Part shown: positions 50,850 to 64,000 of the stretch, piece after piece
Layout of the letters: every line of letters begins with the position of its first letter
Numbering within the stretch: position 1 is the stretch's first letter
NCBI RefSeq assembly: GCF_006345805.1
Contig: NC_043011.1
Coordinates: forward strand, 20,472,464-20,536,463
Direction: 5' to 3'
Origin: Octopus sinensis
Lineage: Eukaryota
Length of the DNA: 64,000 nt
Notes under the pieces: model-generated
What the model was told of the DNA's origin: nothing
What the model saw: the letters and a program-made list of their open reading frames with translations, nothing else
Database searches by the model: none
Made by a program: the position numbers and the translations under genes

Positions 50850-53046
50850 GTAGTATTCATTGTAAAGTGTTCTTGATGGTGTGTATGTGTGTGTGTGAGA
50901 CAGACAGAAAGACAGATCTGCATAGTTTTTATGCGTGGATGCAATTTGCGTGTGTGAGTATATTTTGTGGCGATCTATATCTCTTAGTGTGTGCGTATCT
51001 GTTGACTACTGCAGTGTATATGTATGCGAGTCAAACTGTTGATATATTCATACGCCCCCTAACGTATGAACATATCAGTTCACAACTGTAATTGTTTCAC
51101 AAAAATGGACTGACTACTGTCACAACTCCCATCTTTACTCACCCGCTGTAGTCAACATGACTTGTAACCCATTGTTCGTTATTTCTCATCACTGACGGTC
51201 AAGTAACTGATTCAATTCATCAATTGTGTCAAATTCAAATTTTAAAAAAAAAATGTTTATTTATTTATATAATTTTCTTTTTGACCTTCAGAACTTAAAG
51301 TATGAAATGTTATGATCAATTAAGGAAAATTAGAGTTAATCATCTTTCCAGAGAATACAATGTCACGTAAACAATGTTGGAATCGCCTATCACATAGACC
51401 CTGATGTTTCATCATCGCCCGCCACTGTTGTGAACCGCACAGGATTTTTTTGAGTTTTTTACATTGATACAGGCGTACAAACGAGAGGTTCTTACTGCAT
51501 CAAATTCTCCCTCAAATACACACATTTCATAATTGTAGTTCTGGATACCTCTAAGAAAATAGGATTGTCACGGTTGCTATGCCGTCGGTCACATAGGACT
51601 ACTCAGTAGCAAACTGAGCAGGGGGAGACAATTCAACATGACGAAATAGCCATGTAGTCAACCACTGTTAAGTCGAAATGTGTGACATGGTCCTCAATTT
51701 GACGGGATTATGATACACAAAAAACTAAGGATCTATGGATTGCACCGAGTCGTGTAGTTGGAATGACTTCGGACTAAACAACAATAACAACAACAACCAT
51801 GAAGCTGCAATTTATCCTGTCACCCATGTTTGTTTAGGAAGAAAAGATAAATGTCTTACTCAAGAACAAGTACAAACATTGAATTATAATTGGGATACAC
51901 AGTCGATGAATAACAATTAAAAATGGCTTTGTTTGAGACAGTTCAGTCAAATGACTAAGGATAACGATGCTAAGAATTGTTCGCGTTTATCTCCCTTGAG
52001 TTTATTATAATTGCCAATGTATATATACTTTGCTAATGTTTTATAGCAAGTTTCCTCTGGGGAAGAATATTTATTAAAAAAAGAAAAAAAAAAGGAAAAA
52101 CGTGTTAGACAGTATAAACCTAAAAATCATTTTCTATTCTCCTATAGTTTGGTTTAGATTTCCTACCCTTAAAAATCCTCTTTCGTTTATTCATCTACTG
52201 TCCTTGTGGGAAAAAAAAAATATGAATATCACAAGATATCCTTTTTCCGCTCTGAGAAAAATATAGCACCACAATGAAATAGTCAAGCTAAAGGCAATTA
52301 GTTGCTTATTAAGGAACTATTAACACTTTGACAAAAGCAATTTTGAAAAGAAGGAAACATTCCTGGATGCAGATGTAGACAAACGGTTCAGAAATTAACT
52401 TTGCAATCACAACTCTCAGGTTCGTTCACACTGTACAAAAGCTTGTATCTTCTACTAAAGCCTTGGATAAAACAACTTTTGAGAGTCAAATTGAATGGAC
52501 GGAAACTGTATGGATGCCCGTCAGATGGACTCCGTTTCTCATTTCAGAAACAGCTTGAGACTATATATGTGAAGCTGATTTTGACATAGAATTATATTAA
52601 GAGTTCACATGTCTACAGAATAATCCACCACTGAATTAATTGCGCTATAATTTCTTTTATTTATATGTTTTTTTAAAATTCTTTTATTTGTTTCAGCCCT
52701 AAGGCTGTGGCCATGCTGGGCCAACTTATTTTTAAAATCATATTCCTGGTGCCTTAATAATCGCAAAAGTGTGGCAAAGTAGAAATAAAAATCCTCTCAT
52801 ATTTCTTCTCAATCAATTATAATCGAAATTAAGGATAATATTAGTTAAATGTTTTGCTTCTTTATTGTAAAACAACTACTTTTGGACAGCAACATTTTAT
52901 TTCATTTATTCTTTTCCCAAATAAACTGCACTTCATATTCGAGGCTCCAATGAAGCCATAATGCCTTACTCAGGCACTCAACTATCAATCCACTGTATCT
53001 TATAGCAGAAACAACTGTGAGCTAATGAAGTTTATATATATATATA

Positions 53047-53423
53047 CACTACCGTCAGAAATTAATTAGCACCCTTGATTTGCTCTTCACTCAAGGTATG
53101 TGCTGTCACCTAGTGGCCATATCTCGAACTATTGCTTTGTTGCGAGTTCACTGTTGCGCAGAACGATGACGTAACTTTGTTTGCAGAGCAGTTTGAGAGT
53201 CTACAGCCTTATGATGTTGACATAGCAGTGCAACAACAACTTGGAGTGTGGATGCAGACAATTCCTTTGTTTAATAGATATAGGTAGCGCCTCGCAAGGA
53301 CCGAAATCACACCATACTAAGTTTTCTCATCGCGTAAGACGTTTTGAACAGCTCATAGGTTAATTGATTTAACCTATCTAATGTAGAAATTTGAGAAGTG
53401 CTAATTAATTTCTGACGCAAGTG
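53047..53423. mobile_element. Tc1-like MITE, 26-bp TIRs, TA TSD
   Basis: TA-CACTACCGTCAGAAATTAATTAGCAC ... GTGCTAATTAATTTCTGACGCAAGTG-TA (2 mismatches). Confidence 0.85.
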
Positions 53424-53432
53424 TATATATAT

Positions 53433-53480
<48 letters not shown>

Positions 53481-53481
53481 T

Positions 53482-53620
53482 TATATTAAGGGCATTACTA
53501 TACATAAATGCCTCATGCTAGGAAGGACTCTTAAAGTCAAAACTACCATAATATGGGAGTTTTGACTTTAAGAGTCCCTCCTAGCGTGAGGCGTTTATGT
53601 ATAGTAATGCCCTTAATATA
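53482..53620. repeat. 139-bp near-perfect palindrome (69-bp arms, 1-nt centre at 53551, 4 mismatches)
   Basis: Arms compared base by base. Confidence 0.92.
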
Positions 53621-53718
53621 TATAAATATATTTAAAAGGGATAATTAATGAATTTTTCCCTTACGAGGTTTTTCACGCTAACTACTTGATAAATTATAAA
53701 GATTTTATCCTATTTTTC

Positions 53719-53761
<43 letters not shown>

Positions 53762-54617
53762 GAGGGAAAGAGTCTTATAGTTCAAACCAAGTATACAGAA
53801 TCGTATTAGTTTTGAAATTTACCCTGGTCACGTAAGTTATTCTGGTATATACTACATATTCGAGTTGACAAGGTTGAAAGTTGTCTGGATAGTTGTAAAG
53901 GCAAGTCTTTCATTCTTGATTCCTTTCTCCAACTAGTCTAGAAGACACAGCAGAGTATTGGTAACAGTGCATATCCTCCTCCTCCTTCTCCTTCGATAAG
54001 ACCATAAAAATATTTTGATCTTCCTATCCATTAGAGTTTGCTAATAATTTCTTGATTATTCCTACATTTTCAACAACATAGTCCGGTATCGATAATAAAT
54101 GTGTTGCTCAGGAAAAAATTTGTCCGAGCCGGCAAGGGAGATAACTCTGAACGTTTCTAACATCAGTTTGAATTTTTTTTTTTTTTTCCAAAAATTTTAC
54201 TGTTTCACCCAGCAATCAATTTATTACACATCACTCAACATATCGAAAATATCATAATAAAATTTTGAAATAATCAAAGAACTGAATTTTGTAAGTTTAA
54301 ATCAGCCAATACTTGTTTTATTTATTTATTCATGTATTGTTTAACGTGCATAATTATACACCAGTTCATTTCCGAATTTTCATGCTTACATATATATATA
54401 TATATATGTGTATGTATATACATACATATATATACATATATATATACATAAATATATGTGTGTATATATATATATATTCACACATATATATATGTTATAT
54501 ATGTACACACATGTACATGCATATGAGTATGTGTTTTTTGAGTACATTGTATGTATATACATATATATTTTTATGTGCATGTGTATGTCTACCAATCATA
54601 GGGTACACGTATGCAAT

Positions 54618-54670
<53 letters not shown>

Positions 54671-54694
54671 ATATATGTATGTATGTATGTATAT

Positions 54695-54764
<70 letters not shown>

Positions 54765-54912
54765 TACAATATGTGTATGTATGTATGTACAGGTATGTAT
54801 GCATGTATATACGTTTTGTATGTATGTAATTATATATATGTGTGTATGTATGTATATATATATATACATATATACATGAGTGTGTGTAAAATGTGCACAT
54901 TATACACACACA

Positions 54913-54944
<32 letters not shown>

Positions 54945-55457
54945 GTATGTATGTATTTATGTACCTTGCATGTATTTTAGTATGTATATCTGTGTAACAT
55001 ATAAGGTTAACATTTTTTAGAACAATATTTTCAGTACAAGCAATAGATAACATCACAGCATCATGGTCATCATCATCATCATCATCATTATTATCATTGT
55101 CATCATCATCATCATCATCAATTTTAACAATTAAAATAATTAACTCAGCATATTAATGAGAGGACATAAAAATTAAGAGAAAAAAAAAGTACAAAGATTA
55201 TGAAACAGAAATCAAACAAACAAAACAATGTTTTTTTTTTTTTAAAAAAAAATGACAATTTATCCAAAACACAAACAAAGAAAAACGAAAACCAATTAAA
55301 TAAAACAAAACAACAAAAATATGCTGAAATCCTCAGATATAGCTCCAAAATAAATATTCTTTTTCTGTTTCTCCACTGATTATGTCAGTTGAAGAGGATG
55401 GAGCTAACTAGAGTTTCAGACATCATAAACATCATCATTATCACCAATATCATCACC

Positions 55458-55515
<58 letters not shown>

Positions 55516-57895
55516 ACATCATCATCATCATCATCATTTTCTTTTTGTTTTTTTTTGTATTTTGGAGGGTTTTTTTTTTTTATAATTACCTGACATCTTT
55601 CCTTGTTTCTAGTTTGGATTATAATTATCATATTTCCTTTCTCTTTTTTTTTATTTTTCTTTTGTCTTTGGAAATAAAACATTTCCATTAGCATGTCTTT
55701 TATATGTAATTTTTTTTTTTCAAGGATGTCATCATCAGATAAATAAATTCTACCAAATTATATTAATCTATATTAATTAATATTAGTTTATGGTTGTCTA
55801 TACTAATTAATAATCAGTTAAAAAAAAAAAAGAAAACTGGATGTACTGATTTAAATTTTCAGGGGTGATGGGCACAGAAAGTATATTTTGGCCTGCAGCA
55901 GAAGATACTCTATGGAATTTCAAATAGAGAACATAAAAAAAGAAAAAGAACAAAAATAGATCTCCAAGTTCATAGAGCAAATGGTAACTCAATGGACCAA
56001 AGGCTCACAACAGTTTATGAGGTTTGTCACTAACACTGTGTATGTGTTTCTGAACAAGGCATTTCAATCAAATTGGCTCAGTACATCTAATTATTAATCC
56101 TTTTTGATACTAACATGCCCAAAACTGGGATACAGACTCCGTTATAAAAAATGATTTAAATTAAAAACTTCAGTCAAAATTTCATGTTAATTTCTATCCC
56201 AAACACCAGCTTAAAAATGTCTAAGATATTTTTACTAAATTCTTCATTATATTCAAAATTTAATTGAAATGAAGACAGTGTGTTTCAATAGAAATATGGT
56301 AACAAAAGGGTTAATAGATTACCCTTATCTCACTGCATGAAGAGGGCGAACTTTATTTCTCTATGTTTTGTTTGTTGTTTGTTCCTTCTCGAGCCACGCC
56401 TGGCTCATAAGGGCCGGTTTCCCGGTTTCCTTGGCATATAGGTTCCCCACCTGGACGAGACGCCGGTCCGTCACAGGTAAGCTGCAAGATGCAGGAGGAA
56501 AGAGTGAGAGAAAGTTGTGGTGGAAGAGTCAGCGAAAGTTCGCCATCACCTTCTGCTGGAGCCATGTGAAGCTTAGGTGTTTTGGCTCATAAACACACAC
56601 ATCGCCCGGTCTGAGATTTGAACCCGCGATCCCTCAACCGCAAGTCTTCTGCTCTAACCACTAGGCCATATTTCTTTATGTGTGTTTCAGACTTTTATAT
56701 TCTCCTCCCACAGCAGCCAAACCAATAGAAGAACATATTATGAAACAACTATATATGATAACGTGAAGTAAGACTTCAAAATATTTTCCTCTTTATATAT
56801 TTTTTTTTTTTCACATTTGGATGTTATAATCAGGATTGTGTCCCTTTACTCATCCTGCTTCTATGTATTTATTTATTTGTTTGCTTTTTTGTTCTTGGTA
56901 TTGGTCAATTTGATGCTGTGACACTCTATACACACTCTCACACGATTACTAAAGTACACCCCTTCCTTACGAAATGATCCCGAAAGGTACTCATCTGACA
57001 GGAGATGAGTGGCCCGAAGAATGGAGAAAGTAATTCCCAGTTTAATATATATATTTCTTTATTGCCCACAAGGGGACAAACAAGGACAGACAAAGGGATT
57101 AAGTCAATTACATTGACCCCTGTGTGAAACTGGTACTTTATTTATCGACCCCGAAAGGATGAAAGGCAAAGTCGACCACAGCAGAATTTGAACTCAGAAC
57201 GAAACGACAGACAAAATACGGCTACACATTTCGCCCGGCATGCTAACGTTTCTGCCAGCTCACCGCCTTTTTCCCAGTTTAATATATACATAATATAATA
57301 CAATGCAATATATATATATATATATATATACTAAAGTATTTTCATCTGTGCAAACATAGTGCATCTATTGTTTGTCCCTTTTTTGTGTTTTTTTTTCAAT
57401 GCCACCGAAATTTATATGGGTTTACAAATTTACACTTTCTTGAAACAACAAACATATTTTTTTCTTATTTACATTTTAACACTTTTAATAGCTGGAATCT
57501 TTCTCCATTTTAGTAAGATGATAGGCTTGTGAGATCTGCTTTAGACTAAATGTACTGAGGCAAGAAGAAAATAAAATACCTTGATTCGCAATACAATAAG
57601 TACTACCTGTGGCCCAGATTGAACTTAGGAGTTTTTTTAGTTCTCCTCAGAGGCGGTTAGGGGTGAGTATGTTTTCTTTTGTAAATATGCATTTATGGTA
57701 AAATAAAAAAATACATGTTAAGTTATGTATAGGATCATAGTTGTTATTGTAATAACTACTGTTGTTGTTGTTGCTGCTATTGTTGCAACTGTTGCATTTC
57801 ATGGTTGTAATTGCTTTTCTCTTTGTCTTTGTTCTTGCTGTTGTAGTCACTGCTGCTTATGCTGCAACGATTACACAGACACATATATATATATG

Positions 57896-57983
<88 letters not shown>

Positions 57984-58087
57984 ATTTTACCAAGTAGCTG
58001 TCTGTGGAGATATATTGTAGTAGAAGAATTAGCAGTTTTGACTAAATTTTCAGTATATGGTGAAGCAACTTTTTGCTAATCCCTTAA

Positions 58088-58296
58088 CCCTTTCATTACT
58101 GTATTTATTTTGAGATGCTCTGTGTTTCTTTCAATTACTTTAAATATAACAAAGAATTTAGTAAAATAACTTAGTTATCATTCAGCTAGTGTTAAGAACA
58201 TAAATTGTGAATAAGGTTTGGTGAAAGGTTTTATGAAAACAAGACATTTGTACAACAGAGCCAGAGCCGGTTTCAGCCGGGTTGGTAATGAAAGGG
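58088..58296. mobile_element. piggyBac-like MITE with TTAA TSD
   Basis: TTAA-CCCTTTCATTAC ... GTAATGAAAGGG-TTAA, perfect 12-bp TIR. Confidence 0.88.
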
Positions 58297-58377
58297 TTAA
58301 TTACGTTTATAATTATAAAACAACTTTATATATATATATGCATATATCGTTGCTGATACTAATGTTGTTGTTGCTGT

Positions 58378-58437
<60 letters not shown>

Positions 58438-58899
58438 CAGCAGCAGCAGCAGAAGTAGCTGGAAATATGGAATAGTATGATCACCTTCCTCTTGAGTAAA
58501 ATAAAAATCAGGGGATTCTCGAGTTGGCAAGTGTAACTCATTGAAGTGTCCTGAGCACAACAGGAAGGAAATTAGTTGAAAGTGTGTGGGTATTGGAACA
58601 AAATGAGTATAAGGTCTGAGTGTTGGGTGGTTTGAGTGAATGTAATGTTAAAGTATTTGTGTGTGTTTTTGTGTATGTGGCAGGGGGGTGTTGAATATTG
58701 TGGACGAAATGAGTTTTGTTCTTAGTATGATATGAATTAATTTTGATTATAGTTTTTTGATTGTTAAATGAGCTGAGCAGTGTATCTGAGCATTAGATGA
58801 ACTGAGTATGATGTCTGAGTGTTCAATAGGTTGAGTGTAGTGCCTGAATGGGTGTGTTGAAAGTCAGATTTTTAATATGGATTATTAATGGGTGTTACC

Positions 58900-59660
58900 T
58901 CAGATTGTGGCAAATTTCACCTTTCATGTGAGGTAAATGTTTGCATCAAATTCTGGCAAATGTTTATCTCCTGGTAAAAGCTACTCTTGGGGTACAGTGA
59001 ATGTTTTCCCACAACAGTAGTTAACCTAAAGTGTGGGAAAATATTACACTGTGAGGTAAATATTATCATCATACTGTGATGTCATCCAATTTGTGATCAA
59101 TGTTATCCTACAGTTGGGGTTAACCTAGGGTCAGTAGAAATGTTACATTATGAGTTAAATGCTATTATCAGAACTGTGATAAATGTTACTCCATATTGTA
59201 GTACATGTTACTCTTTCGCTATGGTTAACCTGGGGCTTGAACATACATTACACTGTAAAGTGAATATTGCCGACAAACTGTGAAAAGGTTATCTCTGTGT
59301 TGTGATAAATATTAACCTCAATTCTAAGATATGGTAACTCTGACTCCAGAAATTTGATAAATGTTGCCCTAGATCTATTCTGTATATTGTCCAACTGATA
59401 AATGTCCACTTAAAGTTCTTATAGACATTACCATAAACTAGAACTTTTACTCTAGATTTTCTTCTACCCTCAGTTTGGTGGGCCTTATCTTAGCAGTAGG
59501 TACATATTAATATCACCTGATACTCATAATATATTTTTGCCCCCAGAATGTGATGAATGCTATATAAAGTCTGTAATAAACATTACCTTCAGTCTCAGGT
59601 AATTGTTATTTTAAACTGTAGTAAATGCTACCATAGGTCTATGGTAAATACTAACAAAAG
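58900..59660 (+). repeat. Degenerate hierarchical satellite (about 20-bp CTGTGATAAATGTTAC subunit, about 100-bp higher-order unit)
   Basis: GTTAACCT anchors at 59020, 59119 and 59224, with recurring (G)TAAATGTT/ATT motifs throughout. Confidence 0.65.
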
Positions 59661-60048
59661 GTTCATGGCAAATATTAGCAGTGGAAAGGTCGGGTGTCCA
59701 TTATAGGGCATGGAGAAATATATGAATTTCATTGGGAAAAATATTTATACACATGTATATATATATATATCCATATGTATACAGGCATTTTTAAACAGAT
59801 ATATATAAATGCATAACAATATTCAGCCTATACATATAGGTGAGCATTTATATATAAAAAGACACATATGCAGTCATACAAAAATACACATATACACATA
59901 TACATTTAAATATACATATACAAATAATGTACGCTTATATTGATATATATGTATGTGTATAGATTAAAATATACACAAACATTAATATATACATACATAC
60001 GTACATACATACATACATGCATACATACATATATACATATATACACAC

Positions 60049-60119
<71 letters not shown>

Positions 60120-60369
60120 ATATATATAATACATATTTATGTAGATACGTAATGGATAGATGGACAGAAATATAGATACATAGGTAGGTGGGTAGGTAAC
60201 ATAGACAAGGGGGGTATGTATATGGATAGGGAGGTAGGCCATTAGGAAGATAAGTATGTAGGTGTGAAAATATATGTATTCTCCAGGTACTTATACATTC
60301 ATACAATTATGTATATATACATATATAAATATATATATGTGCACATATATTATATATATATATGTGCAC

Positions 60370-60401
<32 letters not shown>

Positions 60402-60476
60402 GTATATATACATATACATATATATATATATATGTATATATATATGTATATATATATATGTAATATATATATGTAT

Positions 60477-60525
<49 letters not shown>

Positions 60526-60596
60526 ATCCAATACAAGGATGCAAGCTCCTCTTATATGTCAGTTTGAACACTCTATTTTCCTATTACTATTTTGTG

Positions 60597-60636
<40 letters not shown>

Positions 60637-60652
60637 TGTATGTATATATATA

Positions 60653-60719
<67 letters not shown>

Positions 60720-60722
60720 ATA

Positions 60723-60778
<56 letters not shown>

Positions 60779-61248
60779 CTGGACTGACAAATAGCAATAT
60801 AGATGTATATATGTTGTATCTCTTTCTCTTTTCCTTTCTCACATGTACACACTCATGCAAACACATTCAATCATCTATATATACCTGTATGATCATATAT
60901 TTGTACATACACATTTGCATACAAGTGTGTGTCTGTGTATACCTATATATATTTATATATATGTATATGTATATATACACATATGTATGTATGTAAACAC
61001 ATGTATATATGTATATAATATATATACATATATATATATATATATTTATATATACACACACACATGCTTCAATACATACCTATGCATGTGTATGTGCGTT
61101 TGTGTATAAATATATTTATATATGTATATGTGTGTTTATACACATTCACACACTGACACATACTGACGCAGAGATAAATACACACATTTTATATATATAC
61201 AAGTAAACACATGAATGCATGTATGTATGTATTCACGCATCTGAAACA

Positions 61249-61504
61249 TTACAGTCCTTCGAATGAAACAATGGTGGGTATAGGGTTAGGTAACATCACA
61301 TTGAGATTTGCAGTCAGTGAAGCCAACAGCAATGATATTAGATAGCTGCACATAATGGTTGCATCATGCTGTATTGATTGCACCTGTTGCACTTGCTGCA
61401 TGTTCTGGTCATTCAGGATTGTTAATGCTAGTCATTCAAGATAGATATCTTCGGTGGGATGGGTGAAAGCCATGTATTCTCTGGAAAACCTTTTGAAGGC
61501 TAGT
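61249..61504 (-). other. Candidate terminal exon of an unidentified minus-strand gene
   Basis: Strong acceptor TTTATGTTTGTTTTATTTTGCAG in unique, non-repetitive sequence. All frames stop within about 25 codons and no family was recognised. Confidence 0.3.
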
Positions 61505-61559
61505 CTGCAAAATAAAACAAACATAAAGTCAATATACGATATATATATATATATAAATA

Positions 61560-61930
61560 TATGGAAAAAAAAGTCAAGATAGCAAATGCTAAAATAATTT
61601 TATAAAAAACAACATTTCAGTACCGGTTTCAATCATTGAGACTTTTTCAACTGTAACAATTAAATAATTAAATTTTGAAAAATTAAAAGAAAAGTTTTTT
61701 TAAAAGAATATTTGTATAGTGTTCAAATACAAGTGGCATTTTCCTTGTTTCTGCCTGTCTCTGTCTCTCTTATTTACTCTTGTGGGTTCAAGGTCCTTGT
61801 GAATTCTTTGTAGGGAAGAAAAAGAAGAAGGGGAAGAAGAAGAAGAATTTGGGAGTGCCATGATAGTGGTATTTTGAATGGCCAGTGAATGGTAGCAGTC
61901 GCTGTTCAATTCATGAATTGAACAGGGACC
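61560..61930 (-). mobile_element. Third copy of the PLE 3' region, with the U3-A8 HHR at 61618-61653
   Basis: Reverse-complement homolog of about 20100-20450. Confidence 0.85.
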
Positions 61931-61975
61931 GTTAGTAAGGAGAGACACACAAATAAGAAAGAAGAAAGCAGAGGA

Positions 61976-62015
61976 CCACTGATGAGGTCACAGAAGTGTG
62001 CCGAAAGTACTCTGG
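61976..62015 (+). ncRNA. Minimal type I hammerhead ribozyme, intact core
   Basis: CCA-CTGATGA-GGTCAC-agaa-GTGTGCC-GAAA-GTAC-T-C-TGG: stem II with one bulge, palindromic AGTACT stem III, CUC triplet. Confidence 0.8.
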
Positions 62016-62140
62016 CTGAAATAAGATTAAGATTAACATAAAAAGTAAATAACGCTGAAGCAAAGTAACACCAAATATATAGTGCGTGTGTTTTTATGGG
62101 CTAAACTGACAAAATGACCATTCCTAAATACAACAATATA

Positions 62141-62186
<46 letters not shown>

Positions 62187-63235
62187 TATATATATATTAT
62201 ATATATATATATACATATATTGAATGTGTTTGCATGAGTGTGTACATATATATATATGTGTGTATGTATGTATGTTGTATGTATGTATGTATGTATGTAT
62301 GTATGTATGTGTGTATGTATGTATGTATGTAATGTATGTATGTATGTATGTATACATATATATGTATGTATATATATTTATTTATATAAATGTATGTATA
62401 TATGTATCTTTATATATATATATGTATGTGCGTGTGTGTGTGTAGTTGTTTGTTTTATATTTATATGTTCATGACCATTGTTCGTGTCTGTTTGTAAAAC
62501 CAAGTCTATGCTTTGTGCTTTCCATTGTCCAATACAACTCTAACAATCGCAACACACATAAGGGAAAAGATATGAATTGAAACAGGGAAGAAGAATAAAG
62601 TAGAACCTGTGTATATGCATTGGTTAATTAATGATAAAACCAGTATGGATTACAACACTTATGACTGATTTATACAACACAATGGCTTATAACACCAGAG
62701 GCACATGTATACATTTTTATCACCCATGAATGTACACACACACAACACACACACACACACACACACACACACTCAGTCACAGAAATATACACCGACTTAG
62801 TTTCTATTTCATGTTTTAAATTTGGTATCTTCCACTTCTCACCTTCTGTTTTTGGAGGGGTTTTTTGGCTCATTCAACCACTTCATGTTTTATAGATAAT
62901 AATAATAATGAAATTATTGTATACAGTGCTCAGATGCACCACAACTTGTCAAAAGTGCGTATAAAGTATATGCAGTAATGTACAAATGTCTGGAAAGTGA
63001 ACAGTGTATGAGTCAGATACATGCTTGCATGTGTATGGAGGGGAGAAAATCAGGTGTAGTGTTGGCGAATCTCAGGAAGCATGGAAGTTTTGAATGATGC
63101 AGTGCTCTAACAACTAACAACTGATGCCGGCAGTTTGACATCTCTTTCATTTATTATTTACCTCTTCACATCTCTTCTAAATGCTGCAAGTGTAAATTTA
63201 CTCCTTTTTCCATACAGTTATAGAAACCAACGTGC

Positions 63236-63304
<69 letters not shown>

Positions 63305-63558
63305 GTGTGTGTGTGTGTTTGTGTGAGTGTGTGTGTGGTGCAAAACTATAAAGCCAATGTCCAACTTAATATAAAATAAATATGAGCTGTGTTTCAAGGC
63401 ACACGGCTTAGTGGTTAGACTGTAGGGCTTGTGATCATAGGATCGTGGGTTCGATTCATGGACCGGTTGGTGTGTGGTATATTTGAACGGTGCACTTTAT
63501 TTCACTACATTCCATGATACTCTGCTGGCATGAGCACCAGACACATGCTGGTACAGCC

Positions 63559-63597
<39 letters not shown>

Positions 63598-64000
63598 GGT
63601 GACAGTAGAGGTGGTGGTGGCAGTGGGAGTGGCGGTGGCAGTGGTGGAGATGATGGTTTTTTGGCAAATCTGAAGCTACATGACAAGATCAGGCCCATCA
63701 CCCAAGAAGAGATAAAGTTTATTTGATGAATATCCACCCAATTTCACTCAGAGTTTTGGTAGAAGATACTTACCCAAGGTTCCGTGTAGTGAAAATAAAA
63801 TTTGGAACCACAGGATTTCAAAGCAAATTTCCTAACCATGGATTCAAATCTGTACCCAATTTCTTTGCAGCTTGCATCACTATTTATAATTACCTCCCTT
63901 GAGTTATTGTCAACAAGGCAGACTTAGAGACGCTGCATTTCACTAAAGAAATTGAACTTATGACACCTTTCATAACTCAGCCTCTTACCATTCTTGTTTA

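Noticed and set aside
54087-54094. DRE core-promoter motif TATCGATA
   Set aside because: A single 8-mer is expected by chance in 64 kb of AT-rich DNA, and there is no linked gene.
54140-54165. Minus-strand CTGATGTTAGAAACGTT
   Set aside because: A9 is mutated and stem II is absent. At best a relic and not countable.
55862-55975. Plus-strand terminal exon (GDGHRKYILACSRR...)
   Set aside because: An acceptor is plausible but there is no supporting upstream exon or homology.
63600-63726. ORF tail GGGSGSGG...LKLHDKIRPITQEEIKFI
   Set aside because: Follows a SINE and (CT)n tract, with no splice acceptor or recognisable family.

Overview
AT-rich, microsatellite-dense eukaryotic DNA. Its SINE, LINE and MITE content looks like an octopus/cephalopod genome (inference). 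One spliced protein gene is well supported: the 3' half of a histidine acid phosphatase (ACP2/ACP3-like, + strand). It has four exons at 3394-10390 with canonical, phase-consistent splice sites, and its last exon(s) are unresolved. The rest is mostly mobile DNA: a 5'-truncated Penelope-like element (RT + GIY-YIG), RTE, CR1 and RLE-type LINE fragments, mariner and rosa-like transposase remnants, hAT, piggyBac, pogo and Tc1 MITEs, Helitron-type elements and at least five tRNA-derived SINE families. The main unexpected signal is about 15 minimal type I hammerhead ribozyme (HHR) motifs from about 8 sequence families, read by eye. They include (i) a tRNA-headed SINE with an HHR in its tail, inserted with a Penelope-like inverted 5' copy and a 14-bp target duplication, (ii) a U3-A8 core-variant HHR with stem II covariation across three copies, and (iii) two intact sense-strand HHRs inside introns of the phosphatase gene. 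All structures were derived manually; no folding or database search was run.
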